From assembly GCF_000010065.1 (NCBI RefSeq), contig NC_006576.1, positions 210,001 through 242,000 on the forward strand: a stretch of 32,000 nucleotides of DNA, in the 5' to 3' direction. The DNA is from Synechococcus elongatus PCC 6301. Lineage in GTDB: Bacteria > Cyanobacteriota > Cyanobacteriia > Synechococcales > Synechococcaceae. The number at the start of each line of letters is the position of its first letter. Position 1 is the first letter of the stretch. Shown here piece after piece: positions 18,901-25,565 of this stretch. Made by a program: the position numbers and the translations under genes. The notes beneath the pieces are model-generated. The model saw only the letters and a list, made by a program, of their open reading frames with translations, did not search any database and was not told the origin of the DNA.

Positions 18901-19453
18901 GCGTATGGCCTCTGCAGCAGGACGAATGCAGACCTTGATCATCGATTTGTTGAACTACTCCCGTGTCAACACTCGGGGTCTGCCCTTACAGCCCTTATCC
19001 CTCGACCAAGTACTCGACGATGTCTTGGTCGATATGGAAGCTAGTCTCGATCAGGCCTCTGCGATCGTGGAGCGGCAGCCCTTGCCAACTATCCAGGGTG
19101 ACGCCGGTCAGTTTCGCCAGGTTTTCCAGAATCTGTTGAGTAATGCCCTGAAATTTCAGTCAGCAGACAACCAACCATTAATTCAGATTTACAGTGAGCT
19201 GACAGAGGCTGGGCAATTGAGGTTGTGCATCGCTGATAATGGCATTGGATTCGATGAGAAGTATCTAGACCGAATTTTCAACCCCTTCCAGCGCTTACAT
19301 AGTCGCGATGCCTATGCTGGTACAGGGATTGGACTAGCGATCGTCAAAAAAATCATTGAGCGCCACGGCGCGACGATTACTGCAAAGAGTATCCCCGGAC
19401 AAGGTAGTGTATTTTTCATTACTTTTCCTGTAACTGAAAAAGATTTCCGATGA
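15956..19453 (+). CDS. Multi-sensor histidine kinase: (partial) GAF, PAS, GAF, four PAS domains, HisKA, HATPase_c (1165 aa)
   Basis: GAF1 reads APSLPKEYCQAIDGATVGPNTGSCGAA...DIESDPLW...GLRSCWSFPL. GAF2 reads RGWLAVPLFDPNGRNLGVLQLSDKEEGEFDDDD. Several PAS cores end in D(V/I)T/S..R motifs. The H-box is FAFVASHDLQEPLRK with the His codon at 18803-18805. The ATPase N, G1 and G2 boxes are LLSNALKF, DNGIGF and GTGIGLAIV. Confidence 0.88.
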   Translation: MVEEFNPSTYCSILRLDRETQQIWTVVAPSLPKEYCQAIDGATVGPNTGSCGAAIFRRQPVLVADIESDPLWANDRDTALIHGLRSCWSFPLIAHNGQVQGTLAVYQPFPQTPSEDQLQQCLTVAQLAAIAFARSLDRQQLQDSEQRFRSLFTFNPDAVYSFDLQGIYQSMNSAGFEILDRQADQIIGKHFSDVVISEDLEKCQQHFDQACKGEAQHYEIRINGRNGQLFYLDVSKFPIVVNNKIVGVFGIAKDITQRKQITADLQQALMQSNKQTEQLRRLGNAAIATAELQDHQELVKYLVEQVRLTIRAHQAVISLTRCDDWSQSINAISLSDKYAAWKNYDELSTGEGIYTLICETNQPLVLTQEELEKHPRWRGFGDQADKHPPMRGWLAVPLFDPNGRNLGVLQLSDKEEGEFDDDDLAIAQQFAQMTVAVLENNRLLNEVLTAEQQLKEQLSFNSTITDCMAEGLLAVDERGKLAFANPTAQEWLAIDKSELSQQSLDQLLPLDLTAWNQGGVGNQGELKLKGRILQYEARPLVGPVAERGWVLVLHDVTAQRQVDQAMRERDQFFSLSLEMFCMVDLRGRFIQVNPAFAATLRYSTAELVGRPYLELVDLGDRSQIATTIRRLKAGLLIHDLVIRVWDKAGELHWLQISAALGDDRVIYCVARDVTEQRAIQEQILQQNLLLRMAGQTAKLGGWSVELPSREVIWSPETFSLLGFTDEDEPDLEEALSLYPPAERALVTKALEDCIQQGISFDFDVAVHNTSGFLLDARVTGQAVRDETGAIVRISGAFQDVSDRKRAQREAQRLADRLRTTLESITDGFYTLDENWRFSYLNQEGAQQLGVNVEETLGQMVWTAFPGSYESELGHIYRQAIATGEAAHFETYYEPFGRWFEVHAYPSEDGLAVYFRDVSERRQTEQNLRITLRELERSNQELQEFAFVASHDLQEPLRKIQAFSDRLIARTSNLDDESQDYLRRMASAAGRMQTLIIDLLNYSRVNTRGLPLQPLSLDQVLDDVLVDMEASLDQASAIVERQPLPTIQGDAGQFRQVFQNLLSNALKFQSADNQPLIQIYSELTEAGQLRLCIADNGIGFDEKYLDRIFNPFQRLHSRDAYAGTGIGLAIVKKIIERHGATITAKSIPGQGSVFFITFPVTEKDFR

Positions 19454-19905
19454 GGCCCAAGACCGTGCACATTCTGATTGCAGATGATGATCAAGACGAT
19501 TGCTTGATGACACGGGAGGCCTTTAAAGAGTGCAGGATCGCCAACCCCCTCCACTTTGTCCATGATGGCGAAGCCCTCTTGGATTACCTCAAACGGCGCT
19601 CTCCCTATACTGATGACCAGCGTTTTCCTTTGCCGGGGCTCATTCTTCTCGATCTCAATATGCCGCTGAAAGATGGCCGCGAGGCACTCGCTGAGATCAA
19701 ATCCGATCCAGAATTACGATCAATTCCAGTCGTTATTTTAACGACCTCATCAGCTGACGAGGATATTTTGCACAGCTACAACATTGGTGTTAATTCTTTC
19801 ATCACGAAGCCTATTAGTTTCTCGGGCTTGATAGAGGTAATCTGCGCTTTGGGTCGTTACTGGCTAGATATCGTTGAGTTGCCAAGCGAGAACCGCGGAG
19901 CATGA
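19450..19905 (+). CDS. Single-domain CheY-like response regulator (Rcp1-like receiver)
   Basis: It carries HILIADDDQDD, LILLDLNMP (phospho-acceptor Asp codon at 19651-19653), ILTTS and FITKP. Its ATG overlaps the kinase stop (ATGA at 19450-19453). Confidence 0.9.
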   Translation: MRPKTVHILIADDDQDDCLMTREAFKECRIANPLHFVHDGEALLDYLKRRSPYTDDQRFPLPGLILLDLNMPLKDGREALAEIKSDPELRSIPVVILTTSSADEDILHSYNIGVNSFITKPISFSGLIEVICALGRYWLDIVELPSENRGA

Positions 19906-22691
19906 CCTATAGCGAAGTTCACTGGCGGTTGCTCTTGGTCGATGATGATGAGGATGATTTCATCATCACCCGTGACTTACTGCGCGATGCTCAACAGGCA
20001 CAGATCCAGTTGGACTGGTGCTCCGACTTCCAAGAAGCATTGGCAACAATGGGCCGCCAAGAGCATGACGTATATTTGGTGGACTATCGACTGGGTGCTG
20101 AATCAGGATTAGACCTGATTGACCAAGCAATTCAGGCTGGGATTACCCGACCTATTATTTTGCTGACGGGGCAGGGGAATGAACAGCTTGATGCCTCTGC
20201 AATTGAACTTGGGGCTGCCGATTATCTGGTCAAAGGACAGCTAGATTGTCAGCAATTGCTGCGCAGCATTCGCTATGCCATCGATCGCAATTTAGCAACG
20301 ACTCGTCTGGCGGAAAGTGAATCCCGTTATCGGTTGCTATTTGAAGCTAATCCAGAACCGATGTGGGTTTTTGCCAAACAAGGGTTGCAGTTTTTGGCGG
20401 TTAATCAAGCAGCTTCTCAATTTTTTGGCTACAGCCAGCAAGAATTTCTTGCCATGACGGTTTTAGATATCCAGAGTGAGGAGGAAAAAACACGTTTTTT
20501 GCAGTTTTTTGAATCGTTAATCTGCAATCAAATTGTTGATCCTGCTGTGGGAGTTTGGGCTTATCGACATAAACAGGGGCATCTAGTATTTGCTGATGTT
20601 CTCATCCATGACTTTGAGTTTGACAACCAACCCTGCTGCCTTATTTTAGCAATTGATATCACCGAAAAACAAGCTGCACGGGAGTTAGCCCATCAGCGCG
20701 AACAGGCTTTTCGGAAGCTACTGAATGACAATCGGGATCCACTACTAGTGATTTCAGGCGATCGCAGGATTTGCTATGCCAATCCTGCAGCCCAAAAATT
20801 ACTAAAGTTGAATTTAGAACAATTAGAATCTCAATCTTTAGATCTACCGCTACTGAGTGACAAGCTTACTGAGTGGGCCTTGACGTTGCCTGATGGCAGC
20901 GTAGCAGAGGTAGAGATTCATCGTTCAGAAACTGATTGGGAAGGACAGCCTGCAGACCTGCTCTCACTTCGAGATATTGCTGAGCGTAAGGCATCAGAAC
21001 AGCAGCTTCGTTTGCTCAAAGAAAGTCTCGAAGCGAGCTTCAACGGTGTTGTTATTGTAGATGCAATCGAACCTGACATGCCTGTGATCTATGTCAATCC
21101 AGCCTTTGAGCGAATCACGGGTTATTCTGAAGCTGAAATGCTAGGCAGAAACTGCAGAATATTACAAGGCAATGAGCGTGACTCTCTCCAAATTGAAGAA
21201 ATTCATCGCGGTCTCAGTCAGGCTGAAAATGTTCATGTAGTCATCCGTAATTTTCGAAAAGACGGCCAACCATTCTGGAATGATCTCTATATTTCGCCTA
21301 TTTTTAATGCACAAGGTAATGTCACTCATTTCATTGGAGTACAAAACGATATTACAGAGCAAAAACGCTACGAGGAAGAACTAAGCTTCAGTGCTAGCCA
21401 CGACGTTCTCACAGGTTTACCAAATCGTGCTGTGCTCGAAGACCGCTTACGGCAGGGTTGCAAGATGGCCCTTCGCCAAAAGCATAGCCTTGCCATCCTC
21501 TTCATTGACTTAGATGGATTCAAATTAATCAATGACTCTATTGGCCATCGCTCAGGTGACTTGCTACTTGTTGAAGTCGCTCAGCGCATGTGTGAACAAG
21601 TGCGGGCGGGTGACACAGTTGCACGTATCGGAGGAGACGAATTTATCATTCTTTTAGTTGATTTAAAACTTGAAAATGATGTTATTTCAATTGCCGATCG
21701 CCTACTTGCTAGTGTTGCTCGTCCCTATCATATTCAAGGAATTTATCTGCATGTAACGGCCAGTATGGGGATCACCCTGAGTGACGGTGATATTGAACAA
21801 CCCACTCAGTTGATCCAACAAGCTGATCTGGCAATGTACAAGGCTAAGCAAGAAGGTCGCAATAATTATCAGTGGTATACCAACGACCTAAACCTACGGC
21901 TACGCGAACGAGTTCATCTACGCAATGAGCTGCAAAAGGCAATTGAGACAGAAGCCTTTGAGTTGTACTTTCAGCCCAAAATAGAGGGTTGTAGTGGGCA
22001 AGTGATCGGTCTGGAAGCCTTGTTGCGTTGGCAACATCCCCAAATGGGATTTATTTCTCCTGCCACATTTGTACCGATCGCCGAGGATACTGGGCAAATA
22101 ATTCCCCTGAGCCAATGGGTTTTGGAGACTGCTTGTCGACAGCTCCGAGACTTATTACAGCAAGGAATAGCAGCCCCATCCGTAGCAGTTAATATCTCAA
22201 CCGTTCAATTTCGACGCATTAACTTCGTTAAGAGTGTTCAATCTGCTTTGCAAAAGTATCAGCTTAAGTCAGAACATTTAGAGATAGAGATTACTGAGAA
22301 TGTTTTGTTTGACAACACCGAGAAAGCGATCGAGAAATTGCAGCGACTCAAAGAATTAGGAGTAAATATTTCGATCGATGACTTTGGAACTGGATTTTCA
22401 AGTCTGAGCTACCTTAAAGAACTACCCATTGATACTGTCAAAATCGACCGCTCATTCGTCCAAGAGATCAACACTGACTCTCGTGATGCAGCTATCACCC
22501 AAGGAATCATTTCGATGGCTCACCACCTGCGACTCAATGTTGTTGCGGAAGGGGTTGAGACTGAGCAACAGTTCAAGTTTCTCCAGCAGAGCAACTGTGA
22601 CCAATACCAGGGCTATTATTTTGCCAAACCGATGCCCTTCGAAGCATTGAAGCAATATTTAATGGATGAAGCTGCGCGCGAACTTCCATAA
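19902..22691 (+). CDS. REC-PAS-PAS-LOV-GGDEF-EAL protein (929 aa); c-di-GMP turnover enzyme gated by phosphorylation and blue light
   Basis: The receiver has LLLVDDDEDD and VYLVDYRLG (Asp codon at 20082-20084). Two PAS domains follow. The LOV motif is GRNCRILQG. The GGDEF motif RIGGDEFIIL is intact (21630-21644). The EAL motif GLEALLRW is intact (22014-22022), with a downstream DDFGTG. Its ATG overlaps the preceding stop (ATGA at 19902-19905). Confidence 0.9.
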   Translation: MTYSEVHWRLLLVDDDEDDFIITRDLLRDAQQAQIQLDWCSDFQEALATMGRQEHDVYLVDYRLGAESGLDLIDQAIQAGITRPIILLTGQGNEQLDASAIELGAADYLVKGQLDCQQLLRSIRYAIDRNLATTRLAESESRYRLLFEANPEPMWVFAKQGLQFLAVNQAASQFFGYSQQEFLAMTVLDIQSEEEKTRFLQFFESLICNQIVDPAVGVWAYRHKQGHLVFADVLIHDFEFDNQPCCLILAIDITEKQAARELAHQREQAFRKLLNDNRDPLLVISGDRRICYANPAAQKLLKLNLEQLESQSLDLPLLSDKLTEWALTLPDGSVAEVEIHRSETDWEGQPADLLSLRDIAERKASEQQLRLLKESLEASFNGVVIVDAIEPDMPVIYVNPAFERITGYSEAEMLGRNCRILQGNERDSLQIEEIHRGLSQAENVHVVIRNFRKDGQPFWNDLYISPIFNAQGNVTHFIGVQNDITEQKRYEEELSFSASHDVLTGLPNRAVLEDRLRQGCKMALRQKHSLAILFIDLDGFKLINDSIGHRSGDLLLVEVAQRMCEQVRAGDTVARIGGDEFIILLVDLKLENDVISIADRLLASVARPYHIQGIYLHVTASMGITLSDGDIEQPTQLIQQADLAMYKAKQEGRNNYQWYTNDLNLRLRERVHLRNELQKAIETEAFELYFQPKIEGCSGQVIGLEALLRWQHPQMGFISPATFVPIAEDTGQIIPLSQWVLETACRQLRDLLQQGIAAPSVAVNISTVQFRRINFVKSVQSALQKYQLKSEHLEIEITENVLFDNTEKAIEKLQRLKELGVNISIDDFGTGFSSLSYLKELPIDTVKIDRSFVQEINTDSRDAAITQGIISMAHHLRLNVVAEGVETEQQFKFLQQSNCDQYQGYYFAKPMPFEALKQYLMDEAARELP
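21027..21365 (+). other. LOV (flavin-binding, blue-light) PAS domain with the adduct-forming cysteine
   Basis: The domain reads VVIVDAIEPDMPVIYVNPAFERITGYSEAEMLGRNCRILQG...RNFRKDGQPFWNDLYISPIFN..GNVTHFIGVQNDITE. The Cys codon TGC is at 21153-21155. The canonical LOV motif is GRNCRFLQG. Confidence 0.85.
21390..21880 (+). other. GGDEF (diguanylate cyclase) domain; boundaries are approximate
   Basis: It contains HDVLTGLPNR ... FIDLDGFKLINDSIGH ... RIGGDEF ... ADLAMYKAKQEGRN. A possible RxxD I-site was not assessed. Confidence 0.85.
21918..22647 (+). other. EAL (c-di-GMP phosphodiesterase) domain; boundaries are approximate
   Basis: It contains FELYFQPK...GLEALLRW...EITE...DDFGTGFSSLSYLK...KIDRSF...AEGVET...QGYYFAKP. 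The catalytic motifs appear intact. Confidence 0.85.
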
Positions 22692-22716
22692 TTTTTGCTG
22701 AACACCTATCTTAGGG

Positions 22717-24213
22717 TCATTGGGCAGTACCCGAACTCTTTAGCGAAGCGGCAGTTGGCGCTCTTCTGGGGCGGAGCACTGAAATTACAGCACCCACCAA
22801 TCCTAGTGTTGCAGCCAATTGAAAAGCAGACCGCTGTGCACTCAAAAATGCCTCTAATTGAAACCCGCTCAGCCGCACGCCTGCTGCTCCTGCTAGAGCA
22901 TCTCCCGCACCAGCTGCACTGAGCCCTTGGGCTAGGAGTGTTGCTGCGATCGCTGCTCCAATCGCCTGCCCAAAGTTGCGTGATGTCGACAAGAATCCGT
23001 TAGCAACGCTGAGATTTTCCGGTGGGACCTGATTGAGCGTGGCTGTGTTGTTAGGGGGATTGAATAGACCGCCACCCATGCCTTGCAGTATCAACGGCGC
23101 AATGATTGCAGTCGAGGATGCGTTGGCGCCCAATGAGGACAAGCCGAGCAAGGCAACGCTAACGCAGAGCAGACCTATGGTGCTGAGAGTCCGAGCACTA
23201 AAGCGATTACCTAGGCGACCGATCGTTAAACTTGTAACCGTAATCGCCACTGAGAGCGGGATCAGCAGAACACCCGCCATAACCGGCGATAGCCCCAACA
23301 CGAGCTGAGCGTATAGGGGTAGGAAAAAGTAGCAGGATACTGCCGAAACAAAGTAAAAAGCAGCCGAAGCAGAGCCGCACGTAAATGCTCTAGATCGAAA
23401 TAGGCTGAGGTTTAGCAGAGGCTGCCGGACACGCTGTTCTACAAACACGAACAAAAGCAGCGCGACCACTCCTACCGCCAAGAGCAGCAAGCTGGAGGGG
23501 TTTAGCAAATTCTTTGAGAGTTCTTCAACGAAGATAAAGGGTGCACTTGTAGCCCCAATAGCAAGGAGAGCTCCTATCCAGTCCAATGATGCTCGGCCTT
23601 GAGTTCGGGAACGCAATTTTAGAATCCCTATGCTCAAGATCAGTCCGAGCAGGCTCACCAGCAGGATGATTAGAAAGAGCGATCGCCAGCCAAATTGAAC
23701 AATAAAGAGTCCGCCAAGAACCAGTCCTGTGACCTGAGAAAGAGCCAAGACCGAAGCATTAACAGCCATTGCCTTACGTTGATCTTGCTTGGGAAAGACA
23801 GCAGTGATTTCAGCCATCACGTTTGCTAAAACTAGCCCGCCACCAATGCCTTGAATGACTCGGCAAGCAATGAGTATCTTGACTGTCGGCGCCAGCATGC
23901 AGAGCCAAGCGCTGATGAAAATAACACTCATGCCGATAACAACGATGCGTTTACGGCCCCAAATATCCGCTAGTCGACCAGCGGGTAGCAGCGTCACCGT
24001 CACCGCGAGTAGGTAAGCAACAACCACCCATTTAAGAATGGGAAGGCCAACATCGAAATGACGCGCCATCGCAGGCAGGGCCAGGGTGACAATGAACCCA
24101 TCCATGTACACTACGAAGTTGCCGCATTCCACTGCTGCTAACGCCCACCAACAGTGATTCTCACCTTGGGTACCGCTCCAAAAATCCCGGATTTTTTGAA
24201 TGATTTGATTCAT
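22717..24213 (-). CDS. MFS transporter, DHA2 (EmrB/QacA-like, ~14 TMS) drug:H+ antiporter family
   Basis: The protein is 498 aa and hydrophobic throughout. MFS motif A reads GRLADIWGRKRIVVIG. The length and TMS count fit DHA2. It converges on the GGDEF-EAL gene with a 25-nt gap. Confidence 0.85.
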   Translation of the reverse strand: MNQIIQKIRDFWSGTQGENHCWWALAAVECGNFVVYMDGFIVTLALPAMARHFDVGLPILKWVVVAYLLAVTVTLLPAGRLADIWGRKRIVVIGMSVIFISAWLCMLAPTVKILIACRVIQGIGGGLVLANVMAEITAVFPKQDQRKAMAVNASVLALSQVTGLVLGGLFIVQFGWRSLFLIILLVSLLGLILSIGILKLRSRTQGRASLDWIGALLAIGATSAPFIFVEELSKNLLNPSSLLLLAVGVVALLLFVFVEQRVRQPLLNLSLFRSRAFTCGSASAAFYFVSAVSCYFFLPLYAQLVLGLSPVMAGVLLIPLSVAITVTSLTIGRLGNRFSARTLSTIGLLCVSVALLGLSSLGANASSTAIIAPLILQGMGGGLFNPPNNTATLNQVPPENLSVANGFLSTSRNFGQAIGAAIAATLLAQGLSAAGAGDALAGAAGVRLSGFQLEAFLSAQRSAFQLAATLGLVGAVISVLRPRRAPTAASLKSSGTAQ

Positions 24214-24425
24214 GGTGAGTGATGATTGGATGATGGACTTTGCAAATCGTGCAAGAGCGGCTACGACAGAAAAAGCGTAGGCAACTTAGAACAATAAAAC
24301 CTCCAAGCTCTTTAGTTATTGAATTGCTATCAAGAACTAAAATACTGAGATTTCGTAGCGAATATAACTAACCCAAAGCTAGCCACTTTAACTATCTAGC
24401 AACCCTAACTCTTACCAACAAACTG

Positions 24426-24439
24426 GAAGAAATTTCTTC
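24426..24439. promoter_or_regulatory. Perfect 14-bp palindrome GAAGAAATTTCTTC in the AT-rich region upstream of the MFS gene
   Basis: Read directly from the sequence, about 213 nt upstream of the MFS ATG. It could be an operator, but no regulator gene lies adjacent. Confidence 0.3.
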
Positions 24440-24461
24440 AGAAAGATCTCGTGCTTGGTCG

Positions 24462-24471
24462 TAGTCATTGC
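24462..24471. repeat. Right copy of the 10-bp direct repeat TAGTCATTGC, at the sharp right composition boundary
   Basis: Exact 10-mer. G+C by hand count jumps from 21/60 (24301-24360) to 36/60 (24481-24540) across it. Confidence 0.9.
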
Positions 24472-24719
24472 TCTATCAGCAACAAGGAGCTTCACTGCGT
24501 CAGGCCCAACAGGCTGCCCCGATCCTCAGACTTCACCAGGATGGAATGAGGATTCTCGAACCGCTGCGATCGCTAGACATAGCAGTTCTTCGTTTTGAAG
24601 AGAGCTCAGTTATCGATGACGACTGGTCCCGCTGGAGTCAGCCAAGGATTTCGGCATGGAGGATGCGATCCCTGAGCAGGCAGGGACTGAGGATGTGTCG
24701 CCTAGTCGTGGTGTGGAAA

Positions 24720-25388
24720 TTACAACTGGGTGAGGCTGAAGCGATCGCTGACAGCAACGAGACCAAACAGGGCATCAACGAGAAGAGTACCGAGCAGGGC
24801 ACCCGCAAAGGCCCAATGGGCAGGATGGGTGCGGCGCAACGCCCAAATGCCAGCTCCGCAGAGGAGTGAGATCAAGGCGATCGCCCCAATAAGAGCGTTG
24901 GGTGTTTGCAAACAGGCGATCGCTTGCTGAGCAAGGGGCAGAGCTTCCGCAGGGGTACTACGAGCGATTTCGCGCCAGAACGGTACTGCACCAATCCAGT
25001 AGAAGTAACCGTCGGTGATCGCTGTCCCAATCAAAGAACCCAGGTAGAAGCCATGACCGACCAGGCCTTGCTGGCGGCGTAAACCTGCAATCACAAAGGG
25101 CAGGGCGATCGCTTCAACGGGTAAATGAAGATAGGGCTCCCAACGCAACCAGCCCCAGTAAATCGAACCCGCCAGCCAGCTCCAAGCGAACCCCTGGAGT
25201 AAGTCTCCCCAGCCCTGCCAGCGCGACTGGCGCTGCAATAGGCCTGCGATCGCGAACCAGAGCACACTGATCAGCAAACTGGCTTCGGGACAAACTCGAA
25301 CTAAGGGAGCTTGAACGAAAACAGGGACGGAGACCAGAAAGGTTGCGGCCCAAAGTTTTGTCCAAGGGCGCGGCGCAGCCAAAACCAT
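24720..25388 (-). CDS. Conserved cyanobacterial integral membrane protein (I recall this as DUF3120-like; unverified)
   Basis: From the ATG at 25386-25388 the protein reads MVLAAPRPWTKLWAATFLVSVPVFVQAPLVR..., with 6 or more TM segments. The track start at 25445 is a TTG. Confidence 0.55.
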   Translation of the reverse strand: MVLAAPRPWTKLWAATFLVSVPVFVQAPLVRVCPEASLLISVLWFAIAGLLQRQSRWQGWGDLLQGFAWSWLAGSIYWGWLRWEPYLHLPVEAIALPFVIAGLRRQQGLVGHGFYLGSLIGTAITDGYFYWIGAVPFWREIARSTPAEALPLAQQAIACLQTPNALIGAIALISLLCGAGIWALRRTHPAHWAFAGALLGTLLVDALFGLVAVSDRFSLTQL

Positions 25389-25543
25389 GTCCCGTGACAG
25401 CAGCCGGACAAGGGTATCGGCAGGTGGACGGGACGTGACAACCAAGGGAAGCAGACGCCTTCTAAGAAACTTTATTTTTATTCACATTAGCAGAGATTAT
25501 CGCGACGAAAAGACCCACCAGAGCGTCTTTGGGACTGAGCCTT

Positions 25544-25565
25544 GTCCGAGGCGATCGCCTCGGAC
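25544..25565. repeat. Perfect 22-bp palindrome GTCCGAGGCGATCGCCTCGGAC centred on a HIP1 site, 73 nt downstream of acs
   Basis: Read directly from the sequence. It could form an 11-bp hairpin on either strand, but no U-tract follows. Confidence 0.85.

Larger units (their letters stand above)
14030..19453 (+). pseudogene. Alternative reading: one ancestral ~1,807-codon membrane sensor histidine kinase interrupted by a nonsense codon
   Basis: The evidence is the same as for the TAG feature. The GAF domain is split between the two ORFs. Confidence 0.4.
13747..24461. other. Compositionally atypical ~10.7 kb segment, a candidate horizontally acquired island with no mobility genes
   Basis: Hand counts of G+C in 60-nt lines give 35/60 for 13381-13440, 23/60 for 14041-14100, 21/60 for 24301-24360 and 36/60 for 24481-24540. 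Hand counts of GCGATCGC give about 36 in 1-13736, about 9 in 13747-24461 (none in 14030-15940) and about 27 in 24472-32000. Confidence 0.55.

Noticed and set aside
13747-24461. The island as a classical mobile element (IS, transposon, ICE or prophage)
   Set aside because: There is no transposase, integrase, recombinase or phage gene. I could find no terminal inverted repeats, and no tRNA gene lies at either edge. Only the composition shift and the 10-bp direct repeat support acquisition.
24468-24869. The 133-aa plus-strand ORF with an AGGA near an internal ATG (24546)
   Set aside because: It is Arg/Trp/Ser-rich with no motifs, and its last ~150 nt run antisense through the 3' end of the membrane-protein gene. 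It is most likely a chance open frame. The underlying non-coding segment is reported separately.
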